A stretch of 64,000 nt of DNA from Tubulanus polymorphus (Eukaryota; Animalia; Nemertea): positions 4,797,950 to 4,861,949 of the forward strand of contig NC_134026.1 of assembly GCF_964204645.1 (NCBI RefSeq). Direction: 5' to 3'. The position numbers were made by a program, and so were the translations under genes. The notes under the pieces were generated by a model, which saw nothing but the letters and a program-made list of their open reading frames with translations, had not been told where the DNA came from and did not search any database. This document shows positions 1 to 13,900 of this stretch, one piece after another (within the stretch, counting starts at the first letter, position 1; each line of letters begins with the position of its first letter).

Positions 1-247
1 CTGTGGTACTGCTATGGTTGATAGCATGTCATCGTGAAAATGTGTATTTTGAACATCTGCAAAAATTCAAGGTTTATCGAACCATTCAGGCTCGTAGCGT
101 GACTGAGTTTTATGGGCGGTTCGTTTTCCTTTTCGAAATTTTTTCTAATCTCCGCAAATCTATTTTCCAATAGCGAGACTTTTTGGATTTTGGGCGGTGC
201 GTCGTAATCCATCACACAAGAGGCCCTCCCCGCAAGCTACGGCCCTG
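1..247. mobile_element. Right end of a hAT-like non-autonomous DNA transposon (left boundary uncertain or outside the window)
   Basis: Ends in GCAAGCTACGGCCCTG, whose reverse complement CAGGGCCGTAGCTTGC is a CAGGG-type terminus typical of hAT MITEs. No partner TIR is visible. Confidence 0.4.
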
Positions 248-334
248 CCTTGACTGACTTTTATTGCATTTTTCTCAACCAGTGATTTTTAGAATGGGAG
301 CTATGGTCGTTACAAAAACTGGAACTTACGAAGT

Positions 335-625
335 ATTATTTTTATTTTTATTATTATTTATTTTTCCATTTTGAATGATAATAATCGTACAAAGTAATAC
401 AAATACAAAAATTCAAGATGGAGGGAAACATGAAGAAACCTGTTAAGGTTTATATGATATTCATGCCACCCTCGTACACCCAATCACACTCTCTTTCACA
501 CTACATTCACACTGAAAATATTTAAGTGCCAGATGGCAGAGACTGGCAAGGTTATCGAAACATTAATTGAGAAGATACTGTTTGAGAGCACGTTTAAAAA
601 CTGGAGGGAAGTATTTGTATTAAAG
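335..625 (-). mobile_element. 5'-truncated CR1/L2-type LINE: ORF2 C-terminus, 3' UTR and A-rich tail
   Basis: The minus strand reads ...VFKRALKQYLLN* (stop at 563-565), resembling the FKxxLKxxL end of CR1/L2 ORF2. It is followed by an imperfect stem-loop (GAGGGTGGCATGAA...TTCATGTTTCCCTC) and an (AAT/AAAAAT)n tail at about 335-365. Confidence 0.65.
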
Positions 626-1631
626 AAAACAATTTGCAATAATGTAATCTTTTCAAAATCTTCAAAATACGAGGTCGCCTACAGTCCGATGTGGCATACC
701 GTTTTAGTTGAATACATATGATACGCAAGATTTATGCTGTATAATCCGATCTAGCAATGCGGTTACTACGTCAGATCAGAAAGCTCATAAAATGTAATTC
801 AGATTCAATGGATATGAGGACTATTGATCATTTCTAAAAATGCCCAGCTTTCTCCTGGCTGGCAAAAAGCATTTCGGTGTACGCTTACGATGTGATACTT
901 TCAAAGCGTTCTAGGGGGGCTCGTATTATTGTGTCATTCAAAACGTCAAAGCCTTGGGCATTCATACATAGTACAAGTAGATCGCCGAGGGAATAAGTGA
1001 TTTCAAGGTGAAAAGGTGTGCCATACGAAAGTTTACATATACACTTAATCTATAAATCTTTTTCTCTTGTCTTGTCGTAACGCTACTCCTTGGTACAGGA
1101 TCAATCGGGAAAATGCTAAAATCGCTGAGGAATTTTTTCTGTTGAACGTTCTTAGGTCCTCGAGTAACGAATAGTCTGTATGCCTATTAACGGGCGCAAT
1201 GTTATCGAGAAAGGTGGGTTTTTGGCACACACCTTTTCGAGTAGATCTGTTGCCGCAGTACCAAATATTATTGGTGTCAGGTGAAATAAAAACAGATCTT
1301 ATTTCAACCATTCCAAGAATTATTGTTCTATACATACTATACTACTCATTGACTTCGGAACCGACATTTCAATACCCGAAGCTATACGCGCACGTATTCT
1401 AGCGCGATAAACGCCAACTTAAAAACTGGAACTTCAAATCGACGTCCCACGGCAATTTCATATCGACTGACAGCTGACTTGCAAGGCGAAGCGTACGCTA
1501 TCATAGTAAAACGTAAACTAATCCCACTTTTAGAAAAATCATTAGCCTAATGCGTGCGTTTACAACGGTTAGGTAGGTGGTGGTTGGCATTGTTTACGCA
1601 ATATCTAGAAATCGAATTTTCTGTTTTCTGC

Positions 1632-1663
1632 GTGTGTGTGTAGGCTATACGTGTGTGTGTGTG
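1632..1663. repeat. Interrupted (GT)n microsatellite
   Basis: gtgtgtgtg-taggctatac-gtgtgtgtgtgtg. Confidence 0.7.
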
Positions 1664-1846
1664 CTCTCACTTTGAAAATAGACACCAATACACTCCCACT
1701 GGAACACCTTCAGACGGAGGGGGCTATTTATTCCTCGACCAACAATAATCTGTAACCTTGTTTTCGAAGGATATTACTACGTTCCACCTTGGAGTAATCA
1801 TTTGACGAAAATGATTACTCCCGAGGTTTCACGTAGATTGGTAGTG

Positions 1847-2359
1847 GGCCGCTCAGATGATTCCATAATTTATCATCATGTTCTGAAAATTGCGCGTGTC
1901 CAATAAAAAGAAAAAAATGCGCACTCGCGAGAAATAGCAGCCCGTCTTTTTTTACAAATATTAAAATCCGCCCTACCACATCACGCACCGACGTTTTGCA
2001 ATCGTCTTTTTATTTTTTTCTGGGTGTACGTCGTTTAGTGACGGAATTCAAAGTCGTATAACCTCCGTGAATGGCCGTAATGATTTTGTCGATAGAAATC
2101 ATGTCGAAGGATGTTTCCTTTTTAAACTGATCGGTCGTCACTTAAGACGACGACGGTATCGTGAAGGTGGCGTTTTTACTTCAAAAATAAAAATGAAAAT
2201 CACCCACCCAACTCTCTCCCTCGTGTCCTGAAAAAAGGAGGGAAATTGCTTTTAATTAAGCTTTTCTATTTTAAAAGTTTACAAAAATAAAATTCGCCCG
2301 CCCTCGTAACATTGTGAACAATTTCAGGATGAGAAACTAGGAATCAGCTTTGAGTGGCC
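1847..2359. mobile_element. Diverged TIR element of about 510 bp with GGCC termini (PIF/Harbinger-like MITE)
   Basis: Left end GGCCGCTCAGATGATTCCATAATTTATCATC...TGAAAATTG aligns with the reverse complement of the right end, GGCCACTCAAAGCTGATTCCTAGTTTCTCATCCTGAAATTG. The TSD is not clean. Confidence 0.6.
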
Positions 2360-3916
2360 TGATTAGAATTATTCGTTCGTATTTTCATCAGTGAGTGTAA
2401 GTGGGATTATTTCAAATCAATTTCTTCTGCGGGGTGTGTTCATGTTATACCATCGTTTTACATCAGAATTAAGATGGCTTAAAACTCGGCGTTGAAGTTG
2501 CTTTCCGTTTTGACATGGAAGCAAAAATTATGACCGCGACGAAACTGAAATCCGAACTCGTAAGACGCATCCGCGAATACGTCAACACATAGTGGAGTAC
2601 CGCTCCAGTATACTTGTGTTGTCAGCGCGGGAAAAATTAGATTCGTACCAGTTTTAACCTGACTTCAGCGATGATGCTTGAGGTATTGATTTGTCAATCG
2701 TATTTTGCCTCTTAAAAGTACTCGAATAATCTTACATGGTCAGGGATTTATTCAATTTCCTCCGCGAGACATGTTCAATTTTCGCGTCTATTATTGTTTC
2801 GAAAGACCGTCGTTGCTGTAAATCTAGCTAGCTTGATTCGATAAGCGCATAAGGAAATATTTCACGGTACGTGGAGTAACATAGTTTTTTCTTCTATTTC
2901 CTGCTTTTTGCCTTACATGAAGCGTAATACCAGAGCGTAATATTTCGGCCCAATATTACGGTAAAAAAGATCCCACAATATACAGAATGAAATACGAGTC
3001 CGCTTGTAGACTTCCTTGCTAGTAGTTTCAACTGAAGATGATTAATAGGATAGGCGTATAGACGTTGAAATGAACTGTATCTCAAGATTTCTCGGCCCAA
3101 TAGTTCATACAAATGGAATTTTTGGTGTATTCAAAATACACGATGTTCTGCATAGGAACTTTAACAAACCGCTTTTATGGGCCGAAGGTTCCGATAACTC
3201 TGGCCATATTTGATTTTCATCTGTAAAATCTGAGCGGGCATGATAGAATTAGACACCGCGCGTCATCTTTTGACTATATTGAAAAGCCACAGATTCGCGC
3301 GTTACATGATCCAAATATAGGTCACGTCGTCGCTGCCATCAGGTTCGAATCCCAGTCGAAGGAGGATGGCCACGTACGGTTCAATGTTGGTTGCATTTGG
3401 TGAATTGGTCCTAGATGACAGCCATTGGTATTCAGAAGACTGGCATGATATTGAGCTTCTAATATCTGAGACGGCCAATGTTTTTATTCAACAAAACTCG
3501 ACAGGGCATTGGTACCGGAAGTGGATCGAGAGATGCAAGAAAACTGAAAACTAGAAAAAATTAATGTGCTCCGATTCTAATGGCTGGAGATGGGAAATTC
3601 TCTACACTAGAAATAAATGTAGTCGATTAGTTTTTTTTTTGTACGTAATAGCTTAAAAAGGGATGATGGAGATGATGTGGCTGATTCATCAGTGACTGAT
3701 CTCTCAGTAACGGTTGAGTTGTTTCGTAAAGTCCCCGCTGCACCTCGCGAGCAGACTCCTCGTTGGCGTTCGTCTTTCATGCCGAACGGTGTAATTACGA
3801 CCTCCAGTTGTCGTTTAACGATAAAATTGTCGCATCTGAAAAGCCGTCGGCATTGGCGTTTTATGCTATTTTCCGCATAATAATCGCGAGCCGTGGGATG
3901 CGAGTAGAAGCTGGCT

Positions 3917-3956
3917 TATAAAATGTTGTGTTCATCGGTGGCATAAAAAATCAATA
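3917..3956 (+). promoter_or_regulatory. Candidate core promoter (TATA box and Inr-like element)
   Basis: TATAAAA at 3917-3923, a CATAAAA variant at 3942-3948 and Inr-like TCAATA at 3951-3956. It lies downstream of a CpG-rich stretch and about 200 bp upstream of a consensus splice donor. Confidence 0.4.
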
Positions 3957-4118
3957 CGAGCCTTGAGAACAGCATCATCATCAGCAGCCAGAGCGGTAGC
4001 GACAGATAGTGTGTTATACACGGCGCTATACAGACATTATTACCTATACCTCCGGCGGCCACTTCTTCAAAACAAGAAAACGGATTAAGTAACTTTGACT
4101 TTTCTTAGCAATACGAAG
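3953..4118 (+). other. Putative first, non-coding exon (start approximate)
   Basis: ATG-free segment ending at the consensus donor AAG|GTAAGT (GT at 4119), followed by T-rich intron-like sequence. Confidence 0.5.
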
Positions 4119-4829
4119 GTAAGTGAATTTTGAGATGATGATCTCGCGAGTATCATGTCGGCCACGAATTTTCAAGTATTAGCCTACTCGTTGAATAGTA
4201 AATTACTGTGGTGTACGATTGAACAAAAAACATTGTTTTCGTTTGCATTTCTTGTTGAGTATGGTGTTAGTTTCTCCATAAGTTACTTTCTACAACGATT
4301 CAATATTATACCTTAATCGCTGTTCTTCGATATAAAAAAAGTAAAATTTTGTTCGTTCCTTTTCATTTCGTAACAGTTGATAAAAATAGCTCATGCCGGG
4401 CCACAAGAGGTCAGGTACGAATGGCCCCTATTTTGGGCCATAGTGCCCTTTGGGAAAGAAGAGAAACATTTTTTCAACTTCATACAATTACGCAATTTTT
4501 CCACTATGACAAGATTTTAAAATTTGAAAGATTACATTCTAGAGCGGGAAAACAGCTTTCACTTCAATCAAAACAAGTGTACCGTATATACATTATAGGA
4601 TCTATATTATGGCTTAGGTTGTTTGTCAAGTTATAGAATTTTAAATCCAGTTGATGTGGCCTTTATAAAGCAAGCAATATTCAACCCCTCCCCTTTGAAA
4701 ATTCCTGGGGACGCCCATACCACCGCTGTTATCTAAGGGCACAGTTTAATCATTCTGGAAAAGAATGAAATAATAAGATGCTAACCCATTAAAAGTGCTT
4801 GATACTTTTGTTCTTTGCATTCAGATATA

Positions 4830-4978
4830 CAGTAAACTCAGACATGGCCGACTCATCTTTTTACTAACTCTATTAAAAATAAAACCATTTTCAGATTTTG
4901 TAACATTTTTTCTGATCCTCTACTCAGACCAATTAATTTTTGGTCCCCGGGTTTGTCTGGGTAAAGCGAGGTTTACTG
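4830..4978. mobile_element. Tc1/mariner (pogo/Tigger-like) MITE
   Basis: TA|CAGTAAACTC ... GAGGTTTACTG|TA, giving CAGT termini and a TA target duplication. Confidence 0.7.
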
Positions 4979-7900
4979 TATTTCATTTCATTGTCACGAA
5001 ATCAATTTGTCAGAATGATTCATTTCGGGTATCGTTGAACTTAATCCATCAAAAAATTGTAAATTTAATTTCAATATCTCGTATTTATGATTGATGTCAC
5101 AATTACCACGGATTGAGTTCAACAGACGTAATCAAGAGATGCCAGGGAAATTTTCGGGATGGCCGAACATCCGTGATTTCCAATCTGATACCGCGAAGAA
5201 TTCGCTTTCAAGAATTGAGTTTTGAACACTGCTACATTGTTCGTTGTATTATTGTTGTTGATGGACTGTTTGTATGGATCTTTTAGCCTGTCATTTAACA
5301 TGCCAATTTATTCGCCTGCCACACGAGGTAACATGACCATATATGGATTTTTCATAACTAATAATCTATAATAGCATAATAGAGTATAATCTACATGTTA
5401 ACGATCTATGACACCCGACGTCATTAACATCACCCTTTGACATCCTTCGAATGATGTAAATATCAATACCTTGCCATTTTGTCTGCCTTCAGTAGTTCAA
5501 AAAGGTCCTACCTATTTGCCTTTCGGCAATTTTGATGTTAGATTATTCGATGTCGAATTTACAATTATTGTGATCTATTTACAAGTCGGTGGTTTTAGGC
5601 TGGTATTAACTATTTGAATATTCAAAACGTTATGCCAGATTCTCATAGGCCAACTACGTTCATCTGTACAGGGCGTCCAAGAATGCAGCAGTTCGGAGAA
5701 TTTTGCTTGCTGCGGAGACCAAATATCACAGTCAGGTAAACAATGATATCGTGGCAATTGTCATTTTACCACGCCTTAATCAAATTAGGATGGTACAGCA
5801 ATGCAGAACTTTGCCAACATGAAATTGGTATGAAAATGAAGCCCATAGTCGTCACATCTAGCAAACCTAATGTAAATATTGCCGTGATATTCGGTTTCCC
5901 TACAAGCATAATAGTTGCCTTTTTCTGGGAGACCCTTTATTCATGTTTCAAAAGTCAACTTTGCTTCAATCGGAGCCGATTTACTATTCTATTTATTATT
6001 TGATGTTTACCTATTTCGAAGACGTTTTAAACCATTGATAAATATTTTATTTCATTCAAAAATAACTCATATGAATGCTTTTGTTCAATCCGTATTGAAT
6101 TTCCGGCCTATTTTCATTAAACTATTGGTAATCAACAAGGTTTATCCGTGCTGCCTAGATCGTCAGTTTTTACTGAGTGGGAGTGAACTGAGCCACAGAA
6201 AGTTTTGTTTTATTCAAGGTGACCGTTCCCATTTTATCCATACTCCGACACCCTAAAACGATCTAGGAAAGGGAGGGGCACGCTGCTTTTTGCTTTCATA
6301 GACTTTCAGGGTTTATTTCGCCAATATTTAGTATACCTAGTTCATCTTAACTAAGTACCTCAATATAAAGTTATCCAGACTTTTCTCTAAGGTAAAAGTT
6401 GTATGACCATGTAGGATGTAGGAAGTTGAAAGTCACCTTATGATAAAAATCACCAGTTCCCAAAGATACGTACGAATTAAGCGGAATCGACTATTTTGAA
6501 TCAGAAATTCCATCCTATTTCCTCGTCCTTCTCAGTCGTCTGAACCGTTCTTGCTTTTGGTCATATTCATCTCGGCACGGCTGATGAAGACGAGAAAAAT
6601 TGTTGTTCGCTAATCCGCTGAAAATTCATGCGTCAACATGTCGTTCTACGGACTGTTGATGATGTTTTGCAATATAGAGATTATCGTTGAAAGATGGTGT
6701 GTCCTTCGATCTAACGCTAGAATTGAGGCGGCAATATCGTATTAGGTGAAAGTTCGAGAGCCGGGAAAAGCAGTGGCAGAAATTCCAGCGGACGAATGAA
6801 CGCGCCAGCGGTAGAAAGATTATATCTCGGAATACCAATTCACAATCTTATACGGAATGAAGTATCATTAGCTAATCTTGACAAAGAACCGGAGCGTACA
6901 GGGGCAAGAAATGGACGGTCGGTCGTCTGTCCGGAAGTACAGTTGATTATAGCAGTATGCAATGATTAATTTGGTGCTGGCTGTTGCCTGAAGATCAGAC
7001 AGAGAAAGAAGATCAAGGATCTACTGACTGGGCAGAGCCAATTTATAAGACCGTTTAATGCGGCGGACTGTCAAATCAATTTGCTAGAACATAAACTTGT
7101 TCTGAGTAATCCTTAACCCTTTATTAGCCACAGTTTTCCTCCCGGATGATATGGCAACTGCGATGATTACAGGATGTTGAATAAGTAATAATAGTCCGAG
7201 CAATAGGGTGTTGCGTTTACTAAGAACTTGTCCACTGTTGAGGGAAGTAATATCTTATCGATACGGATTGAAGTTTACAATTGCTTAAGTAACACGCGGC
7301 ACGTTTTATGATCAGTTTGTTTTTCTAGTGATCTGAGAAAATGTCCACACCGAATAACCTGATATTATTGATCGACACGAGCGATGATTGTAATAAGAAG
7401 GTGCAGTACGCTGAGATTACTGAAGTAAATGATTTACTGGAAATAAAAACGAGGCATTCAGTGCATTAGTTAGTGACCCTTTATAGCTAATTGCGATGTT
7501 CTCTGTCGATTGTGTGCATGTCTGAAAATTTCGAAGCATCATCACACACGCATGTGCAGAAGTAAGAATAAACATTTCGACATTCCCGGGAAGAATCGAT
7601 TTTCGCAAAATGGCCATCTTGTTTAGTGCACCAGAATATTGCGGACTGATTATTCAAGTTGGAAGTCCTGTATTGGATTTGCATGGAGCGACATCGTGTC
7701 TCATACACTGTGCAAGTCCTAAGGACGTCATCGTGTCGACATAAACCAACGTCGAGATGGTGATCTCGTTTTTGCCCTTTCCATTGTCTTAAGGCGTAAT
7801 TGATATTCGCCCGGTATTGTTATCGTTATCGTACAGGTAGGCGAGATCTAGTTTAAGATGTTTGTTCGACTGTCGCCTACGAACGAGATGCCGTTGCATT

Positions 7901-10900
7901 AAAGATGAATCACCAGGAAAGGTATCTGGAATAAAACTCGACGGTTATCGGTGCGCGTTTGAATGTCCTCGTTTCTTGAATAATGGCTTCTTTCCAGCAT
8001 TTGAGTCAGCCGAGGTTTATCGACGGTCAAATTCAAATACTCAAACAGATCGATAATTCGACGTAGCGCCGCGCTGCCAGCCGTTTACGAAAGAGCAGCA
8101 TCCGACTACAACGTGGATGAAAAATTTAGTGGAGGAGGATGAAGGAGAAAGCAGACTCCATTTCGTTACGGGTTGAACGTTTTATTACCCCACATAGTTG
8201 TCGACATAATCCTGTCCTATAAACACGATCAGTCCTTCTTCACGGCATGAAAACAGTTTTGGTAGTTGCCATTTCCATGGTATTCATGAGGGATGGTTTG
8301 TTATCGGTGGCTTCATGGATTTTCCATGCTTTCGAGTCAATTCAATGGCTTTCTAATTCAAGTTTGCCCTAAAAGCACTGATGGTTGTAAGTCTAGAACT
8401 ACTGAATTATTTATTCGTTCCATAGCAAGTATTTTATACACGGGGTACTGCTCCCTGTTTTAGTGTTTTAGTTAGACACTACTGCCGGGTTATAACGTAA
8501 CATACAGAACATGCTAACAGGGTTTTAAATCAGCAACCAGCCATTCCTCGATCTGCTGATCAACCAGCGTGAGGCCTGATTGCTTATTTTTATTGAAGCT
8601 TTAATTATTGATGAAGTAAAGATAAATAGATACTATTGATTGGTTTATCATTAAACCCATCAATGAGGAAGATTGAACGGAAGCACGATGTTGGATTTCG
8701 ATCAAACAATCGCTGTATAGCCATTGATGGATTTAATTACCGTACCCCGCTACGCTTTCTTGCTGGGTTTTTCGGAAAAGAAGAAAAACCCGTACAGATT
8801 TTCACTAGACAAATCAATGCACGTTTCGAGTTTGTTTACTTGGGATTTTTGGTGATAAATTATTCAATACTTACATAGCTACACGGATGAAGTGCTTTGT
8901 CTATCATCTTTTCATTATCTCCTCTGGACTTCAGTTTATGTAGGTTCCCTGGAAATACATCAAAATGTTTTTTTTATATATATGGATTTAGAGTCTGGTG
9001 AATTTCTAAAATGAATATTGTTGACCGCAGGTAAACTACACTATCGGACCTAACAACAGCTACTAATATTATCTGAGGGTAGTTTCTTAATCCATTGAGA
9101 CATCAATTACCCCATGGTCTCTAGAGTCCATGATTACCCTAAAAATGAAAAATAACTACCTATTGTAGAGTAGTTCCTACTCTTTCAAAGAGCTCAACTA
9201 CTTTCAAAATGATATGATCTCAAAATACTTTCAAAATCAGAATAATTTCTAGTTCATTTTCAATTTAGCTACTATTTTCTATGTCAATTTTTCCATTTGT
9301 GGTGAAAAGAGTGGAATACAATCAGAGATACAAGATAGAAAAAAACTATTCCAAATGGATATGCTGAGTGGTGTGAGGTCTACACGACTGGAGTTAGTGG
9401 ATTTATATTATCAATTTTGTTCTACAGTAAGCTAACTGAGGAGAATGGCAGATAGCGTACCATTTTTTATGACACGAAATGGATTCTCCAATACTCCGGA
9501 AATTATCAACCCAATTCGCTAATGCCCACTTAAAGTTCATATTTCTCAACAACTGTTTAGTTAGCTCCGTCCGGATATGCTTTTAAAAAACGAAATGAAA
9601 AATGTCCACTAACAGAGGATAGATTTTGAATCAGTCGTAATGCAAAATGGGAAATTCATGCCGTCATATGAATCCTGTCATTCTAATAAGGCGGCTGGCT
9701 ATATTAGTTATGTATTAGCACCGATTTTATTTCATGAAGCTACTCCTTCATATTCACAGCTCGGGAAAAAGGTGTGGCTAATTTATTTTCTATTGTCATG
9801 GCAACTATACCTTACCAGAAAATAATAATCGGCGGTATGGATTTTTAAAAATTAGCTGATTTGATGATAATTGACTGTAGTTGGTTGCATTGAGTGATGG
9901 ACGCCTTCAATTAGTAGAATGGTAAATCTTTTGGGGATATTCTCAGATGAATGTGATTTTTGCTTTGAAGAAACTTATTCTTCGGGGTAATGCGCTGATA
10001 GGATAACTTCGAAATGAATACGACCATTTCTATGGTTGGTTCGGAGGAATACATTTTTGGTTTAGATATTCAATTACTTCTGGGAATCTGTCGCCGGTCG
10101 CATAGTCTGGGGTTAGATTTAAGGTCAATCTAAACATCTTGGAACCAGTAATAAGATTTGATATTCAATTTAAGTCATGGCTCAAGTAATGAAGTTTGGT
10201 AATCCAAGTTATATTACTATAAACCAGCCTGCATGGGTCTATGTCGATACAAAGAATGGCACAATTCCTGCAGTTTTATGTAAGATGGAATTATGTTCGT
10301 CCTTTCTACTATGCGTGTATAAAGTTGTTGCCATGAATGAGGGCAGAGTGAGGGTGATCTCGTTTAATCTTTTTACTGAATAATAAAAGTCAATTGGTCG
10401 CAAATGTTTTCTAATCGCAGAAAGTACTCTTTCTACAGGATGTTGTCGGCGTTATTATAGCGTAGCACTTGATGCGAAATAGGCCGTGTAAGTAGCAATA
10501 TAAGTCTACTACGTCAGCTTGTGGTGACAGCCAGTCTGTCTTCGGGAAACATGCCAAATTAACCTGTTTTTGCCACAGCTAATTTCGGTTTGTGTATCTG
10601 CCGGATTCGCGATATTGTTTTCTTTGGCCTAATTACGGGACTTTGGGATCTTTTTCCCCCCTGGTAGTTCGTATCCGTTGCAAGTCCTGTAAATTATTCC
10701 ATCATAATTTATGTCAGAGATTCGTATTCCCAAATGACGCTGAAGCGTTTGTCTCTGCCAGTTAAATAACTGATATATTTCCGCAATTTCCCTTGTCTTA
10801 GTCCAACTTCTCTACATCTTCGCTTGTTCTCAAAGGACTTTATTCTTTCTTTGCCGACTATAGTCAGTATCTAGTGGATTATATATTAACAATTTATGTA

Positions 10901-10941
10901 TAAGCATTTAATGTTTCATTTGTGTGTACATCTATGATAAA

Positions 10942-10943
<2 letters not shown>

Positions 10944-10988
<45 letters not shown>
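10944..10988. repeat. (AT)n microsatellite
   Basis: Perfect AT run of about 45 bp. Confidence 0.98.
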
Positions 10989-10990
<2 letters not shown>

Positions 10991-13900
10991 GTGATGACCA
11001 CCACTGCGCATCGGAGTCTGGAGTCAGAAATGCTCGGAACCGGCGTGGCGTGACTCACCCTGGGAATCCGACGGTCATCTGTTATAGTGCAGTCTAAACG
11101 TGGCAATGGCTCCGCGGAGACTTTCCGAGCTGTTGCTCGTTGCTCCGTATTATTATTGGGAAATGTTTCATCATCGGAGACACCGAGCTGCTGCTGCTGG
11201 TGCTGGTTTATCACAGCAAATAGCCGGCATGTATTCAACATATTCGCTGGTGTTATTGTGGATATGCATATGCATTAGCGTAATTGTAATTGAATGGGGA
11301 TTTGTTGGAGTTCTCTTGTATTTAATTACTTCACCTTAGGCCTGCAGCAATTATCGGATGCTCAAACGATTCATAGCTCTATGTCCATAGTGCATATTGA
11401 TATTCGTTTCAATATGAAAGCCGATAAAATGTTGTTTTTTTTTCCAACAAGGCAATAAAGGTGTAATCCAGTATATCAAAGCATTAAGGGTGTAGATGTG
11501 TCTTACTTCAGTTGCTCGTGTTTAGATTTATGGCCTGAAGTTTGGATGGAAACTTTTTTGAAAGAGGTAAAGAATTGATTGTTATTGGTGTAGATCATTG
11601 GGGAACTTCCAACGCTACTGCAGCGGCAATTCAGGATTCCACTCATGGCAAGCTTAAATTCGCCAGGTTCACTAGTAGTAACTCAGTCTTCAGTAATCAA
11701 TTTCTTCTACATTTTCAAGTTCTTGCTATCATTTCTCTTTCATCTTTTCGTTTAAACGTCGTGGATTAATTTTTCGAAAAAAACAATGTTCTCGTGCGTA
11801 GGCGGCTCGATGAAACAATCCATTTTTCGCGCCAAATATAGACAGCGAAATAAACTACACAAAGCTCTATTTGAATTTGTCTACGAAAATCGATTACGCA
11901 GTTTATGATGGTAGTATTTCAAGTCGAATGAAAGCATCATCAAATTCAACTACAGGCGATTTGTTATTTATTATCGGTAGTCGTCGCGGTTTTTTTTCCG
12001 CCGTGAAATCGTTTGATTCGTTTTTAATCGCCACGACGAATTTCACGAGTCGAAAATAGATCATCTCTGTCATCAACGTCGTCGTCGTTGTTTTTGTCGT
12101 GTATTTGTCTCGCGGGCGAAAGTCGCGTGACGTCATTTCTTCGTAATCGCAACGCGTGCCAAGATGCGGAGCAATACTATTCTATAGATTTGTTCGTTTA
12201 CTACGACGGGCTTATCGACTGCCATATATGGTCGTTTATCCTTTCTTTGAAATGAAACCTGTTCGTATAAAACGTTAGCGCTTTCCGTGGATGAAATCAT
12301 TTTCAAAGCACACCTCGTAAAGGTAATGTCACACGTTTCCCCATTGATACTATTTGAGAAATTTTCTTTTAGTATCTGTTTTGTCTTCATCGTATGTGTA
12401 CACTTATTTTCTTGAATTTATGTATTTTTCTTTACGCTTGTTCTATCCTTTTAGCTTTTTGGTTAATAGAAGGTTTCGGCTGGTTCTTACAGCATTATGG
12501 ACATTACGTCGTATGCCATCAGAGCTGCCAATTGTTCCTGGTTTTCAGTATTTGTTACTCTTTTATAACGAGAAATACTGATTAGATTTGTTTGATGCAT
12601 ACAGAAATATGAAAGATGTTACTGACGGTCTTAGTGTTGATTACTGATTAATTTGAACATTTCCTTTCAAATTTCAATGAAATGTAACTGAAAAAAATTC
12701 AACTTGTTACTGATAGCACTTTTCAGAGGTTGGCAGCCGTGTGCCATCAAACTCCTTTTCAAATTTTGCTACAAGTGTTGTTCTGTCTATGTTCAGCGTT
12801 AATCATTAAATCGTAATTGCTTTTTTAAAAGTATTGACACCGAGACAGGTAAGTAACGCGACGAATTAACAGTGGTTTTATTGTGTTTATAAATACGATC
12901 CCGTCTCCGGCAGTCGACGACGATGCCTGAATCGAAATTTCGGAGAGACAATTTCTTTTCTCGGGGCGGATATTTGAAAACCAATACATAAGCGTTGATA
13001 GAAATTGATCCGTTTAAGTCATGCACGAAATTGTCGTCGAGTCTCCGACGTTTAAAACGAGAACGGAAGAAATGGAGTCGCGTCGTCGAAGTGGCAGCAA
13101 GAAGCGACCGAGTACTGCTTCTCGTTAGCAATCAATGAATGCTAATTAAAGAGTTGTCCGCTTATATTGGCAATTACCTTCATTTCTCTCTACATTTCTC
13201 GAAGACGCGTAAGTCCCAATCTATCTCTATCCGTCTACCTTATAAGATTTTTTGCTTCGGAGACGTTTATTCCCGCACGCTACCCACCACCCGGTGTTTG
13301 TTTTTCAGCTCTCTCTCGCTCTCTCTATGCGTGGCCGGAGTCGCATCAGTCATTTCGAATGACAATCTTAGTTTTCATTACTTACAGTCTAAACGGAGTA
13401 ACCCGAGTTACTGTCTGTGAAAGATGGATGGATTCGTTGTAGAGATAGCCAGTGTTCACGGGATGAAAACTATCTTCACGCGATTATTCAATACACGCCG
13501 GCTTAACCATACTGAATTGCGCATTTTTATTCATTCTGTCTTTGAAAATCTTCTCGTGTCTGAAGCCGCTGTTTCACAATACACTAAAAGGAAGTAATCA
13601 TCGCGGATGGGAATTCTCAATTGTAATCTCTTCAAAGCGTTAAATTGGATATTTTTTCTAGCCGATGGTTCAAAAACGATTTTTAGTAGTTGTTCAGTTT
13701 TTGTCAGTTCTCCACTGTTATGCGATGATTGTTTACGAATGCCGCCCGCGACTGAGGAACATGTTCCTGATCGATCATGATTTCACGCTATTGAAACCCA
13801 GTTTGCTGAACCTGATCAGATTCCCGGTCACATCCGTTTTGTATTCGGAGCACTGAAATTCTGCCGAATAATTGGTTTCTTCTGAAACTATCTGATTAGC

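Noticed and set aside
3335-3368. tRNA gene suggested by GGTTCGAATCCC
   Set aside because: No cloverleaf can be formed. The sequence matches the TIR end of the MITE family at 21.5-22.7 kb.
10894-11339. Overlapping ORFs with poly-Q and YI repeats
   Set aside because: They arise from the (AT)n and short (CTG)n repeats, and I found no consistent splice signals.
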